From: Cyanophyceae cyanobacterium
GTDB lineage: Bacteria; Cyanobacteriota; Cyanobacteriia; Cyanobacteriales; Laspinemataceae
Reading direction: 5' to 3'
Assembly: GCA_038321985.1 (NCBI GenBank)
Contig: JBBQFN010000009.1
Span: 64,001 to 128,000 of the forward strand
DNA: 64,000 nucleotides
Shown here one piece after another: positions 22,101 to 32,855 of this stretch. The notes under the pieces are model-generated. The model saw only the letters and a list, made by a program, of their open reading frames with translations, searched no databases and had not been told where the DNA came from. A program made the position numbers and the translations under genes. Each line of letters opens with the position of its first letter. The stretch's first letter is position 1.

Positions 22101-23026
22101 TCATCAGGATGGAGCAGAGAACCCCACCACTCAGCACCTTGTCCGGTCGCTTCTGAGGGATAGCCTAACAGTTGGGTGAGACTTTCACTGCGCTCAACTT
22201 TTTGACTCTCCAAATGCCAGTCATAAATTACACAATTTACCGCTGTTGAAGCTAGCTGATAGCGTTCGTTTGCCTCTAGAAACTCTAGTTCTATTTGCTT
22301 ACGTTCGGTGATATCATCGACAATTCCCGCAACTCTATAAACCGCTCCCAGGCGATCGCGAATAGGAAACGCTCGGGATCGTACCCAACGCACTGTTCCA
22401 TCCGGATCAAGTGTGCGATATTCCTCATTGTATTCTCCGCTTGATTGTTTCGCTAAAGCGGTTCTGACGCGATCGCGGTCCTCGGGATGCACACTTTCTA
22501 AAAATGAGGAGGGGTCTTTAGATAAACTTTCTAGCGATCGCCCCCACATCTGCTCGTATTGAGGACTCACATAAAAAAGTTGGGTTTTCTGGATATCCGT
22601 CATCCAGATTAGGCAATCAATATTTTCAGCAATCTGCCGGAATTGATCCTGGGTATTTTCTAACCCCCGAACATAAATTTCTGACTTTCGTTTGGCGGTA
22701 TAAAGCGCAGCAACTACCCAACTAATCGCCACTCCTTCTATCAAAAATACCCCCAAGGCTAAACTTTGCCCATAGGTATGTCCACCGAACGAATAAAACG
22801 GCATCAAAAAGAAATATTCCCCACAAGCTGCCGCTAAAATTGCAGCCAGCAATCCAGCCCAAACTCCTCCATACCAAGCACTCACCGCTACCGTCGCGCT
22901 AAACAATAAAAAGGGGTTATTGGTCATGTGTTCTGAAGAGATTAACAACTTCAGTCCCAAAGACACGACTACCATTGCTACAGCAAAACCATAGCGCAGG
23001 AGCGGGGAGCGTGATTGTTCTAACAT
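19103..23026 (-). CDS. Hybrid sensor histidine kinase: membrane domain (DUF4118-like), multiple PAS/PAC, HisKA, HATPase, REC
   Basis: SHELRSPL H-box; NLLSNAVKFT; DSGIGI; GLGLGL; ILVVDDE...LSDIGMP. Confidence 0.93.
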   Translation of the reverse strand: MLEQSRSPLLRYGFAVAMVVVSLGLKLLISSEHMTNNPFLLFSATVAVSAWYGGVWAGLLAAILAAACGEYFFLMPFYSFGGHTYGQSLALGVFLIEGVAISWVVAALYTAKRKSEIYVRGLENTQDQFRQIAENIDCLIWMTDIQKTQLFYVSPQYEQMWGRSLESLSKDPSSFLESVHPEDRDRVRTALAKQSSGEYNEEYRTLDPDGTVRWVRSRAFPIRDRLGAVYRVAGIVDDITERKQIELEFLEANERYQLASTAVNCVIYDWHLESQKVERSESLTQLLGYPSEATGQGAEWWGSLLHPDDRERAYNAMKKALEQQEKFDIEYRVRHQDGTYLDVCDRGGILRDETGKAVRVIGTTIDISDRKKSEIELQKREELFRTSVENLLDCFGIYTAVRDESGRILDFRIEYVNAAACASNEYSWEEQVGKRLCDLFPAHRTTSLFEEYCQVVEGRKPLVKDSVVYAEEVGSGSRLIKAFDIRVAAFGDGFLATWRDITQRQRVENELYRREREFKALAENSPDIIARFNREMRHIYINRAIERVTGRAPEEFLGKTNSETGFPESQSGDWEWAIAQVFASGEEGEIECDLTDTKGGTRHYQSRLVPEFDRHAEVESVLVLSRDVTEYKRARAASDRSEERLRVALESAKLGLWDYDLQKQTLAGSRRCYEMFGIDLSSKEIDYEIFVQCLHPEDQDRMEQAIQRAIKAHVDYDIEYRVVRKDGTVRWIAAKGRAFYDEWGTATRMGGVVLDMTERKKAEEERDRLLQQLEFEQQLLKAVLQQMPAGAIVAESPSGRVLLSNKQAQAIWDGAIAEEKDLEDYRLFQGIHPDGRPYQPHELPMSRAIALGETVIDEEIEFPLSTGSSQIVCLSAKPVKNLAGQIVAGVVMFYDISDRKLAERQREELLLREQEARKQAEAASRMKDEFLAIVSHELRSPLNAILGWSRLLRRRKLNPEKMAQALEAIERNAEMQTQLIEDLLDISRIIRGKVRLYLRPLQLISPIEAAIDTVRPTAEIKKIEIVTTLDPGVGMVSADGDRLQQVVWNLLSNAVKFTREGGRVEICLERVNNWVQIRIIDSGIGIEPEFLPYMFERFRQADSKTTRSHGGLGLGLAIVRNLVELHGGQIFADSAGPGNGSTFIVQLPRLEDIPDAIAEPVLETSWVEGDQSSSELAGLKILVVDDEFDTREFLITALEQYGAEVFAAASTAQAIALVQENQPQILLSDIGMPGEDGYTLIRKLRSLPPEQGGQIPAAALTAYTRTEDRILALAAGFQMHIPKPIDPRHLIDVVGQLRPVQKGMKQV

Positions 23027-23318
23027 TGATTTCCTCGCTAGGATGAAACGAGTCTTTTGAATTAAGACCCCATTGTTAAAGCCAGATTACGGGGTAAAAT
23101 ATTGTACTGACTCAGAAAATAGAGCGAAATATTTCACCCCCAGGGTGACTGGGGTTCCCATCACAGCCTGTTTTGGCAATTATAGCGGTTTTTATAGCCC
23201 TCTCGGATGGACTTCGCCCTAGAATTTCTCACCGATGAACCGGGCGATCAACGCCGGGGTTCTTCCCTTATTCTCCCTAGTAGCCCTCTCTTTTGCTACA
23301 TCCCCTTTCTTTGTGCTC

Positions 23319-24110
23319 CTACCCTGCCTCGCCAATCCCTCCAAACACTGCCATTCCATAGTGTTTCCAAGGGATAGCTACCGCTGCAAAATCGGCAGCT
23401 TTCAACAAATCCACCTGTTCTAACACCGTCGCCAAGCGATCAGGACCGGAGTATCCCTGGGGAACGGCTTTGCCACATTTAGCCCGCACTTTCTCTAAGG
23501 TTATTCCCTGTGCCATTACCCCCTCTTGTCTGATTGTATTGTAAACCTCCTCCAAACCTGGAGTTTCCGGTAAAATGGGGTCGCCATTCCAAAAACATCC
23601 TCCTTTCGATAGATTTTGACGCACCCACTTAAATAGTTTTAATTTGAGTGGATCCGTTAGATGATGAATTGCCAATGAAGACGCACAGACATCAAAACCT
23701 TGATGGGGTGCAATTCGTACGTTTAAGTTCGCCAAATTGCCAAAATCCGCTTCTATCCACCGCACCCGTTCTCCATACCCTGCGGCTTCAATTTTATCCT
23801 GACAAGCGCCTAACATTCGGGGGGAATAGTCCACTGCAACTAACTCCGCTTCGGGACAGTGATCCAGCAGTTTAAGACTGAGTTCTCCCGTCCCACAACC
23901 TAACTCTAAAATCCGTTTGCTAGTAATAGGAATACAGCGCAGTACGGCCGCTAACAAATCATCATAAAGCGGTAAAAGTTGCCGAATACCACTATCAAAA
24001 TCAGCAACATTTACAAAAACTTCCCCGGGATAAATTTCCGGTTTAGGGTCGGGAATTTCTAAAATAGCTCCGCTGGTTTTTTCTTCTGAAAGAGGAGGTT
24101 CAACATTCAT
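23319..24110 (-). CDS. Class I SAM-dependent methyltransferase (start at 24110 or 24158)
   Basis: ILELGCGTG, VDYSPRML, SSLAIHHL. Confidence 0.88.
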   Translation of the reverse strand: MNVEPPLSEEKTSGAILEIPDPKPEIYPGEVFVNVADFDSGIRQLLPLYDDLLAAVLRCIPITSKRILELGCGTGELSLKLLDHCPEAELVAVDYSPRMLGACQDKIEAAGYGERVRWIEADFGNLANLNVRIAPHQGFDVCASSLAIHHLTDPLKLKLFKWVRQNLSKGGCFWNGDPILPETPGLEEVYNTIRQEGVMAQGITLEKVRAKCGKAVPQGYSGPDRLATVLEQVDLLKAADFAAVAIPWKHYGMAVFGGIGEAG

Positions 24111-24525
24111 CAAAGTTTTCCTATTAAGAAAGGTATGATATCCTAACAAGGTTATCATAATTTTGTCAAGCTCGTGAACAAAGCATGAGGTTTTTTCAGG
24201 GAACTGTAATGACCGAGGAGGATTGTAATTGAGCCTAGGGGTAGAATCACCGCACCTCCCCGGACTGGATCAGAATTGGCGATCGCAGGTTTTTTGACGA
24301 GTTGCAGTAATTTTAGCCACAAATCCCCATACAACCTGAGTTTGTTTGTAGTTGAATTTGTTCGCCTTAATATTGGAAGGCTTTTAGTGGTTTTTATATC
24401 GTTATACTCTTGTTTATAATATTTTTAACCAACTGATTATTAAAAATTGCCTATAAAAAATTAAATCTGGTTTAAGGTATTAAATTTTGCGAGGATAATA
24501 AAATTATAAACTTGATTCCAACAGC

Positions 24526-24562
24526 GGATAGGAGTGCGAGCAAGATGCTCGCACTCCTATCC
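24526..24562. repeat. REP-like perfect 17-bp inverted repeat
   Basis: GGATAGGAGTGCGAGCA-aga-TGCTCGCACTCCTATCC in a divergent intergenic region. Confidence 0.7.
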
Positions 24563-24934
24563 CTATTACCAGAGGAATCAAGCCAAATGCTCGCCCCCCG
24601 GGTTTCTTGTTTTAAGAGGAGTAAATGTTGGGTTCCCTGTAGATTTAAAAGATTTATGTAGAAACTGTAGGGAGTGCAGTATTAGTTTGAAAGAGTACCT
24701 GGGCAGTCGCCTAGCCTATGGGGGATACATTTTAACGGCGTGGGGAAGGTGAGCAAAACCACCGAGAAGAAGCCAGCAACCCCATGGGAAAAAAACTTGA
24801 CGCAATAAATTTAAGAGCCGATCTCAACCTTAATCTCCTGAAAATCGCTATAATTCTTCATTGGATTCGGAGAAACTGAAAAAAGTGTCTGCGTCATGCA
24901 CCGCTTAAATTCAATGAGTAAAGGAGGACTACGG

Positions 24935-25402
24935 ATGAACATCAAACGCATTTTACTGGTAGAAGATAATGCTAACGATATAGAGCTAATTCTGACTGGA
25001 CTCGCGGAAAATAACCTCGCCAATGAAGTGATCGTTGTGCGGGATGGTGAGGAAGCGCTAGATTATCTGTTTCATCGGGGTATCTTTCGGTTAAGGCGGG
25101 AAGGACATCCGATTTTGGTGATGCTTGACCTTAAAATGCCTAAAATAGATGGACTCGAAGTGCTGGCACAAATGAAGTCCAGCCCAGATTTGCGGCAGGT
25201 TCCGGTAGTGATTTTGACCGCTTCGCCGGAAGAATCGGATCTCATTAGCGGTTACAATCTAGGTGTGAATGGCTATGTCATCAAACCCTTAGACTTCCAC
25301 GAGTTCGTGGATGCCATCAAAAGCCTAGGGCTATTCTGGGCAGTCGTCAATCAACCCCCTCCAGGCTCTTTGCCTGCCGTTCCCAGAGAATCACTCACTT
25401 AA
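24935..25402 (+). CDS. Single-domain response regulator (Rcp1-like)
   Basis: ILLVEDN, RDGEEALDYL, LDLKMPKIDG, YVIKP. Confidence 0.9.
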   Translation: MNIKRILLVEDNANDIELILTGLAENNLANEVIVVRDGEEALDYLFHRGIFRLRREGHPILVMLDLKMPKIDGLEVLAQMKSSPDLRQVPVVILTASPEESDLISGYNLGVNGYVIKPLDFHEFVDAIKSLGLFWAVVNQPPPGSLPAVPRESLT

Positions 25403-25421
25403 AGAATACTGGAAGGTTAAA

Positions 25422-28115
25422 GTGCTGCATATCCTACTGCTAGAAGACAGTCTGCTGGATGCAGAGCTGATTGAGGCCCACTTGAAGGAGAATGGTCTAA
25501 AAGTTACCTTGAAGCGGGTAGATACCTGCGAAACTTTCCAAAATGCCCTGGAAAACGAGTCATTTGACGTCATTTTGGCTGATTATTCTCTTCCCTCTTT
25601 TGATGGATTTTCAGCCTTGAAAATGGCGCGCACGAAATGTCCAGATCTACCTTTTATCTTTGTGTCGGCGACGTTGGGGGAAGAAGTGGCCCTGGAAACT
25701 CTCAAAAGCGGTGCCACGGATTATGTCCTCAAGCAGCGGTTAGAACGACTGGTTCCCTCGGTGGAACGAGCGATTCGAGAGGCGAAAGAATATCACGATC
25801 GCTTGCGTGCCGAAGCCGCACTACGAGAAAGCGATCGGCGCTTTAGAATGGCCTTAAAAAATTCCTGTTTCTGCATTTTTCAACAAGATCGAGACCTAAA
25901 ATACCAATGGATGCACAATCCCCAAGGACCCCAATCCGCAGAGGAAGTTGTTGGGAAAACCGACTACTTTTTATTTCCAGAAGCGGAAGCCGATCTCCTC
26001 ACTGCACTCAAGAAAGAAGTCATTGCAACCGGCACTCCAACTCGCTTAGAAGTATCGGTCACCTTCTTTGGAGAACTCTGGGACTACGACCTAATTTTAG
26101 AACCGATATTTGCCGATCAGCCGGATCGCAATCAGGAGAATCCGCAGGTTGTGGCGCTGATTGGGACTGCCTTGAATATCACAGAACGCAAAAGATCCGA
26201 ACGAGAATTGTATCGTCGGGAACAGGAATTTCGAGCGTTAGCAGAAAACGCGCCGGATATTATCGCCCGCTTTGATCGACAACTGCGCCATATTTACATC
26301 AACCCGGTGATCGAAAAAGCTACGGGAATTCCTCCTGAAAATTTTATTGGAAAAACGAATGCGGATCTGGGATTTCCCGAGGAACTTTACTTACAGTGGT
26401 CTCACTACTTACAAGAGATTTTTGTAACTGGAAAATCGGGTTTTATTGAATTTGAGTTTCCTTCATCTACAGGAACTCGCACTTATCAATCCCAGGCGGT
26501 TCCCGAATTTGACTTGGATGGCAATGTCGAATCTTTACTCTGTATTAGTCGGGATATTACGGAAGGTAAGAAAGCCGAGCAGGTGCTGCGAGAGAGTGAG
26601 GCACGGTTCCGACGCTTGATGGATTCTAATACGATTGGCATGGGGTTCTGGCGTGGCGATCGCGTTACTGTTGCTAATGATGCCTTTTTGCAAATGCTGG
26701 GGTACTCCCAGGAGGAAGTCCAAACGGAACGGCTAAATTGGCGCAAGATTACCCCCTTGGAATATTTATATCTGGATGAGATCGCCCATCAGCAAGCCTG
26801 TGAAAATGGCTATGCTGCACCGTTTGAAAAGGAATTTTTTCACCAAAATGGAACCCGGGTTCCGGTGATTTGGGGAGGGGCGATTTTTGACCCTAGGGGT
26901 GACGAGGGGGTATTTTTTACCCTGGATTTGACCGATCGCAAACGGATGGAAGAGGCGCTACAGGAGCAAGCTCAGGCGTTAGAACGTGCCAATCAGGTAA
27001 AAGATGAATTTTTAGCAGTGCTCTCCCACGAATTGCGATCGCCTCTGAATGCAATTCTAGGATGGTCCAAGTTACTGTTAACGCGCAAGTTTGACCAAGC
27101 CACCACTCAGCGTGCCTTGGAAACCATTGAGCGCAATGCTCGATTTCAAACTCAACTGATTGAAGATTTGCTCGATGTGTCGCGCATTCTGCGCGGCAAG
27201 CTGAGTTTGAGAGTGACTCCGGTGAATTTAACCCTCCCAATTTCGGCGGCGATCGAAAGTTTGCACCTTGCGATCGAAGCTAAATCGCTTCAACTAGATT
27301 CTTTCCTAGATCCGAGTGTCCCGCAAGTGACGGGCGACCCTAGCCGCTTGCAGCAAGTGGTATGGAATCTACTCTCCAATGCGGTGAAATTTACCGAACC
27401 CGGGGGTCGAATCACCCTCCGCCTGGAACAGGAGGCGCGATGGGTGATTCTCAAAATCAGCGATACGGGGATCGGCATTCTCCGGGAATTTCTGCCTCAT
27501 TTGTTTGAATATTTCCGCCAAGCGGATGCCTCTAGCACTCGCCATCATGGGGGACTGGGGATTGGATTGGGACTGGTGAAACATCTGGTAGAACTACACG
27601 GAGGAACCGTCAGTGCAGAAAGTCCCGGAGAGGGTCAGGGGGCTACTTTTACGGTGAAACTACCGGCGATCGCCCTCAAAACTGACGAGCAACTGGAATC
27701 CAGGCTTGCTTCTACACAGAGTACACTCGCCGGGGTGCGGATTCTGGTCGTGGATGACGATAACGACTCGTTGGAGTTTATGCAGTGTGTCTTGGAACAG
27801 TCCGGGTATCAGGTGCGGGCGATCGCTTCAGCGAGTGAAGCCCTCGGTGTATTTTCTGACTGGAAACCGGATTTGGTGATTAGCGATATCGCTATGCCTG
27901 AAGAAGATGGTTATAGTTTTATCCGCAAAATTCGGGCAATGGAGGGGAATACCGGGGGTCAAATTCCGGCGGTGGCTCTAACGGCTTATGCCCGGGAAGA
28001 AGACCGTAACGCCGCCTTTTTAGCTGGATTTCAAGAGCATTTGAGTAAACCCCTTGACCCCAAAGCATTAATGACGGCGATCGAATTGTTAATTCGACCC
28101 CTTCAGGGATTTTAG
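25422..28115 (+). CDS. Hybrid histidine kinase: REC, three PAS, HisKA, HATPase, REC
   Basis: ILLLED...ADYSLPSFDG; SHELRSPL; NLLSNAVKFT; ILVVDDD...SDIAMP. Confidence 0.92.
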   Translation: MLHILLLEDSLLDAELIEAHLKENGLKVTLKRVDTCETFQNALENESFDVILADYSLPSFDGFSALKMARTKCPDLPFIFVSATLGEEVALETLKSGATDYVLKQRLERLVPSVERAIREAKEYHDRLRAEAALRESDRRFRMALKNSCFCIFQQDRDLKYQWMHNPQGPQSAEEVVGKTDYFLFPEAEADLLTALKKEVIATGTPTRLEVSVTFFGELWDYDLILEPIFADQPDRNQENPQVVALIGTALNITERKRSERELYRREQEFRALAENAPDIIARFDRQLRHIYINPVIEKATGIPPENFIGKTNADLGFPEELYLQWSHYLQEIFVTGKSGFIEFEFPSSTGTRTYQSQAVPEFDLDGNVESLLCISRDITEGKKAEQVLRESEARFRRLMDSNTIGMGFWRGDRVTVANDAFLQMLGYSQEEVQTERLNWRKITPLEYLYLDEIAHQQACENGYAAPFEKEFFHQNGTRVPVIWGGAIFDPRGDEGVFFTLDLTDRKRMEEALQEQAQALERANQVKDEFLAVLSHELRSPLNAILGWSKLLLTRKFDQATTQRALETIERNARFQTQLIEDLLDVSRILRGKLSLRVTPVNLTLPISAAIESLHLAIEAKSLQLDSFLDPSVPQVTGDPSRLQQVVWNLLSNAVKFTEPGGRITLRLEQEARWVILKISDTGIGILREFLPHLFEYFRQADASSTRHHGGLGIGLGLVKHLVELHGGTVSAESPGEGQGATFTVKLPAIALKTDEQLESRLASTQSTLAGVRILVVDDDNDSLEFMQCVLEQSGYQVRAIASASEALGVFSDWKPDLVISDIAMPEEDGYSFIRKIRAMEGNTGGQIPAVALTAYAREEDRNAAFLAGFQEHLSKPLDPKALMTAIELLIRPLQGF

Positions 28116-28175
28116 AAGAGATGAGAAGAGCGGACGAGCCCTGGTTTTTGAGAATGAGGGAGGCTGAAAATTGGT

Positions 28176-29915
28176 TTAATGAGAGAGTTTTTCTAGGAAA
28201 ATTTGCCGGTCATCTTGGTAAATAACTTTGAGTTTTTCTTGAAAAACCGTCATAAACGCATCAATTCCTCGCCCCGTATTACAATGCGGGCGATCGGGAA
28301 ATTCAAAGTGATAGTCATCAAAAATAATCATTCCCCCTTCTTTGATGAGTCCCCAGCTTAATACTGCATCTTGGAGGACATCCACGGCAAAATGTGAGCC
28401 ATCAATATAGACGATGTGATAGGTATTTAAGGGGAGCGATCGCAGCACTTCTTGGGAATATCCTACCCGTTTCTCGACTTTATGCTTGGCTCCACTTTTT
28501 TCGATATTTCCATCAAATCTCTCTTCGACGGATTTTTGAACGGTAGGGTCGTTTTTTTTACTTTCCACAACCCCTTCAAAATTATCAATACAGGTAATTC
28601 GTGCGGTTTCATGGGTAAGGATATTATCCAGCAACCAGCAACTCGCCATTCCTTCAAAACAGCCAATTTCCACAACTCTCAAGTTGGGTACATTGGCAAA
28701 TTTTCTCAAGGTTTGTTCCCAAATTGGCATGACGCCGGTAAAACAGTCGGCGGTGATTTTATACCCTTTTTGAGCAAATCGGAGCGTGTAAGGAATGCTA
28801 CTTAGTTTTTTCTGAAGGATTTGATTGTTAGGTTTAAGCTGTAGGGCTTTCTTTAAAGCTATTTCGGCTTCATAAACTTTTTCCACTTCAGCGTTAAATA
28901 AGCCTTGATAGTAGAGGGCCATCCCGAAATTATAGTAATTATTACTGGATTTCGGGTCAAGTTCTATCAGTTTACGAGAGGCATTGGTAGCTTGGGCGTA
29001 TTTGGAATTATTCCAGCTTTTTTCGAGGACTCGTTGGTAAATAGTTCGCACTACTTCCTGAATTTCGGGGGTATAAATCGACCCTAAAACATAACGCGCG
29101 GAAGCATAGTCCGGGTGGTTTAGAGAAACTTGATTTAAAAGTTCGGCTGCTTCCCTAAATTGACCTTGGGCTAAAAATGCCATCCCTAAAGGGTAGGTGA
29201 TGGAAATTTGGGGAACGAGGTCTTTGGCTTTCAATAAGCAGAGTACAGCTTGTGGAAATTCCCCATATTTGCAATGGATGATTCCTTTATTTCGGTAATA
29301 GTTGCCATACTGCTGTTTGAGCCTGCTATTTTCGTTCCAGTCCGGATGGTTTAAGAGGTTGCTGGTTAGAGCAGCTTCTAATAAATCGAGGGATTTAATA
29401 TATAAAAAATCTCCCTTGACCAATTGTGCTAAGACTTGGATAAGAAGCGGTTGGTTAATGTTCTGGGTATTAGGGGATAAAAGCAGTTCGGAAGTTTTTG
29501 CTAAGAGGTCGTTGAGGGTAAAGTCGAGGATGTCCAAGTGCAGGTAAAGTTGTACAAGAGCTAACTGGTTATTGATATAATTTGGGGCGATCGCCCTGAT
29601 GCGATCGCGCAAGACTAAGGCGGTTTCCCAGTCTCTAACGAATTCGCGCTGGGTTGCGATCGCCCCTAAAAGCTCTACAATTTGTACTCGCCACTGTTCT
29701 ACTTGAGGGGGCGTTCCCTGGGATAATACCGCATTCCAGCATTGTTCGGCTTCCGGTTGCTTTCCTTGCAGTAACAACGCGATACCCAAATACCAATAGT
29801 TAGAAATAACCTGGGGATTCCCTTGAATGCTTTGGCGGCAAAGGGCGAGTGCCCCCGCGTAGTCCTGCTGTGCAAAATATTCCGTTACCGTTTGTTGTGC
29901 TTGCATGATTTCCAT
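28176..29915 (-). CDS. TPR protein with a C-terminal class I methyltransferase (Methyltransf_24-like)
   Basis: Helical TPR repeats; VEIGCFEG, IYIDGSH-like VYIDGSH, FDDY. Confidence 0.82.
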   Translation of the reverse strand: MEIMQAQQTVTEYFAQQDYAGALALCRQSIQGNPQVISNYWYLGIALLLQGKQPEAEQCWNAVLSQGTPPQVEQWRVQIVELLGAIATQREFVRDWETALVLRDRIRAIAPNYINNQLALVQLYLHLDILDFTLNDLLAKTSELLLSPNTQNINQPLLIQVLAQLVKGDFLYIKSLDLLEAALTSNLLNHPDWNENSRLKQQYGNYYRNKGIIHCKYGEFPQAVLCLLKAKDLVPQISITYPLGMAFLAQGQFREAAELLNQVSLNHPDYASARYVLGSIYTPEIQEVVRTIYQRVLEKSWNNSKYAQATNASRKLIELDPKSSNNYYNFGMALYYQGLFNAEVEKVYEAEIALKKALQLKPNNQILQKKLSSIPYTLRFAQKGYKITADCFTGVMPIWEQTLRKFANVPNLRVVEIGCFEGMASCWLLDNILTHETARITCIDNFEGVVESKKNDPTVQKSVEERFDGNIEKSGAKHKVEKRVGYSQEVLRSLPLNTYHIVYIDGSHFAVDVLQDAVLSWGLIKEGGMIIFDDYHFEFPDRPHCNTGRGIDAFMTVFQEKLKVIYQDDRQIFLEKLSH

Positions 29916-30164
29916 TGCTGTCTGTTGTTCTCGATCAAGGGTTCGGATTTCAGGGATGAAAGTTCCCTCACTCGGGAGAGGGCAATCTGGGGTCCTGGCA
30001 GTATTTATCTGTTGTTAATTGTATGGGGCAATTTTAACCAAAAAAAGGAAATTTTAAAAATCCCTATCCAAAAAAATGGCCGCCGTGAATTCTAGAGAAT
30101 CTTCAAGAATCTAAAAAACCGGGCTTTTGGCAAAACCCGGCGGATTCAAAATATTTATCAGTCT

Positions 30165-31331
30165 TTACAAATGTTGCTGCAAGAATTTTTCCAATCTATC
30201 CAATCCCTTCTCAAGGGTGGGTAAATCCGTAGCATAAGATAAGCGGATGCAATCATCATCACCAAAGGCAATTCCCGGAATCGCCGCCACCTGGTGAGAG
30301 TCAAGTAAGGCATCGCAGAATTCCAGAGATTTCATGCCGGTTTTAGAGATATTCACGAACACATAAAAAGCCCCTTGCGGTTCGGGACAACTGATTCCCA
30401 ACATTCCCCGAATTCGGTCCAAAACGACCAGACGCCGCATGGCAAAGGATTGGCGCATTTCTTCCACACAATCTTGGGACGATTCCAAGGCGGCGATCGC
30501 TCCATATTGGGCAAAGGTACAGACATTGGAGGTACTATGACTTTGAATGGTACTCGCCGCCTCAATCAACGCCGCATCCGCTGCCAAATACCCAATCCGC
30601 CAACCTGTCATCGAGTATGCCTTAGCAAACCCATTACTAATAATCGTGCGTTTGAACACTTCTTCTGAAACCGCACCGATACTCAGATGCTCGACGTTAT
30701 CATAGAGGATTTTTTCGTAAATCTCATCGGAGACTACTAAAATATCCTTTTCTACCACCACCTCGGCTAAGGCACGAATTTCGTCCGGGGAATACACCAT
30801 CCCTGTGGGATTCGAGGGGGAGTTGAAAACGAATAGTTTCGTTTTTGGCGTACAAGCGCCTCGCAGTTGGTCCGGGGTAATTTTATATCCACTTTCGGCA
30901 CTGGTGGAGACTATCACCGGGACACCTGCGGCTAAGGTCACCATTTCTGGGTAACTTAACCAGTAGGGTGCCGGGATAATCACCTCATCCCCGGGGTCGA
31001 GGAGTGCCAGCATGAGATTAAATAGAGAATGCTTACCGCCATTGGTAACGATGATATTTTTCGCGGAATAGTCGAGATGGTTATCGGTTTTGAGCTTCCG
31101 GGCGATCGCTTCTCGTAACTGCGGTTCACCGGCAGCAGGACCATATTTGGTTTTGCCTGCATTCAAGGCTTGAACTGCCGCGATTTTGATATGGGTTGGG
31201 GTATCAAAATCTGGTTCACCCGCACTAAAACTACAAACATCTATCCCGTCGGCTTTCATCGCCTTAGCTTTGGCGGCGATTGCCAAGGTCAGGGATGGCG
31301 TTACCTGTCCAACTCGTGCTGCCAACTTCAT
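30165..31331 (-). CDS. aspC: PLP-dependent aspartate aminotransferase (class I/II)
   Basis: [36 protein letters not shown]. Confidence 0.88.
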   Translation of the reverse strand: MKLAARVGQVTPSLTLAIAAKAKAMKADGIDVCSFSAGEPDFDTPTHIKIAAVQALNAGKTKYGPAAGEPQLREAIARKLKTDNHLDYSAKNIIVTNGGKHSLFNLMLALLDPGDEVIIPAPYWLSYPEMVTLAAGVPVIVSTSAESGYKITPDQLRGACTPKTKLFVFNSPSNPTGMVYSPDEIRALAEVVVEKDILVVSDEIYEKILYDNVEHLSIGAVSEEVFKRTIISNGFAKAYSMTGWRIGYLAADAALIEAASTIQSHSTSNVCTFAQYGAIAALESSQDCVEEMRQSFAMRRLVVLDRIRGMLGISCPEPQGAFYVFVNISKTGMKSLEFCDALLDSHQVAAIPGIAFGDDDCIRLSYATDLPTLEKGLDRLEKFLQQHL

Positions 31332-31412
31332 TTGCGTACTTCAACTGAGAATAAATTTAAGGATATGCTTCGCTCAGAATATCCTACTCTACCCACTACC
31401 CGGAAAACGATG

Positions 31413-32498
31413 TCAGGCGATCGTGACATCCTCGGACAGATAAACGTCTTGGATGGCATGAAACAATTTGACCCCTTCCTCAAAGGGACGTTGGAATGCT
31501 TTACGCCCGGAAATCAACCCACAACCCCCGGCGCGCTTGTTAATCACCGCTGTCCGCACCGCTTGGACAAAGTCGTTTTCCCCGGAGAAATTGCCCCCGG
31601 AATTAATCAATCCAGCACGCCCTGCATAGCAGTTGAGCACTTGATACCGGGTCATGTCAATCGGGTGGTCCGAACTTAATTCGCTCTCTACTCGCTTGTC
31701 GGTGCGTCCGTATTTTTGGCCCAGGGCTTTGGAAACGGCGTCATAGCCGCCATTGCATTCCGCTTGTTTCTGTTTGATGATATCAGCTTGAATGGTGACG
31801 CCGAGGTGATTGGCTTGCCCGGTGAGGTCGGCGGCGAGATGATAGTCTTGGTCTTGTTTAAAGGCGTTATTTCTCAGATAACACCAGAGAATGGTAGCCA
31901 TTCCATATTCATGGGCTTGGGCAAAGGCGGCGCTGACTTCCTGGATCTGCCGGGTGGATTCCGGGGAACCAAAGTAAATGGTCGCACCCACGGCAACAGC
32001 ACCTAAATTCCAGGCTTGTTCGACGCTAGCAAACATGATTTGGTCATATTGGTTGGGCAGGGTCAGCAGTTCGTTATGGTTGAGTTTGAGGATAAAGGGG
32101 ATTTTGTGGGCGTATTTCCGGGAGACGCTGCCTAAGACTCCCAATGTGGTCGCCACGGCGTTACAGCCTCCGGCGATCGCGAGTTTAATAATGTTTTCGG
32201 GATCAAAGTAAATCGGGTTGGGGGCAAAGGAGGCGGCAGCGGAGTGTTCGATTCCCTGATCTACGGGCAGAATGGACAAATAGCCGGTGTTGGCGAGACG
32301 TCCGTGGGCATAAAGTTGCTGGAGCGATCGCAATACTTGAGGAGAGCGATCGCTGATTGATAAAATTCGGTCAATCCAATCGGGTCCGGGCAAATGCAGC
32401 ATCTGTTTGGGAATTTTAGCCTGATATGTGAGCAAATCTTCAGCTTCATCCCCTAAAATCGATGCGATCGCGGAAGGTGTAGAGAGCGTGGCGGTCAT
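31413..32498 (-). CDS. fbaB: Class I fructose-bisphosphate aldolase (DhnA/FbaB type)
   Basis: [39 protein letters not shown]. Confidence 0.92.
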   Translation of the reverse strand: MTATLSTPSAIASILGDEAEDLLTYQAKIPKQMLHLPGPDWIDRILSISDRSPQVLRSLQQLYAHGRLANTGYLSILPVDQGIEHSAAASFAPNPIYFDPENIIKLAIAGGCNAVATTLGVLGSVSRKYAHKIPFILKLNHNELLTLPNQYDQIMFASVEQAWNLGAVAVGATIYFGSPESTRQIQEVSAAFAQAHEYGMATILWCYLRNNAFKQDQDYHLAADLTGQANHLGVTIQADIIKQKQAECNGGYDAVSKALGQKYGRTDKRVESELSSDHPIDMTRYQVLNCYAGRAGLINSGGNFSGENDFVQAVRTAVINKRAGGCGLISGRKAFQRPFEEGVKLFHAIQDVYLSEDVTIA

Positions 32499-32855
32499 TA
32501 CATTTTACCTCACAATTTTATAAGCAACACTTTATTCATCATATCGTTTCTTTCCCGAACTGTTGCCCGTTGCAACTTTTTAAATCCGGTTTTTTTATCT
32601 CGATTGATTCCTATTTTTTGCCGCAACTGTAGCAACTTCCCCCCTTGCTTCCATGGCCTAATCTAAATTATTTTTTAAAGTAATCACCCTCGGGCTTTTG
32701 CGAGTTTTAACCGATTGTTTTGTCTTATTTATGTCATTAGATAGAAGACAACCGGGCAATCCCTAGGTTAGACTCTACCCTATTCCCCAGGGGAAAACAG
32801 CAAAATTCACAAATTTTCCGCCCCGAGGAGTAGGGTAAAATAAGGGAACATACTT

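Noticed and set aside
23094..23107. NtcA-like GTA-N8-TAC upstream of the hybrid kinase
   Set aside because: No -10 box at the canonical 22-23 nt spacing, and a 6-base consensus is common by chance
32508..32514. 7-nt Yfr1 seed complement at the fbaB ribosome-binding site
   Set aside because: Too short and overlaps ordinary Shine-Dalgarno sequence
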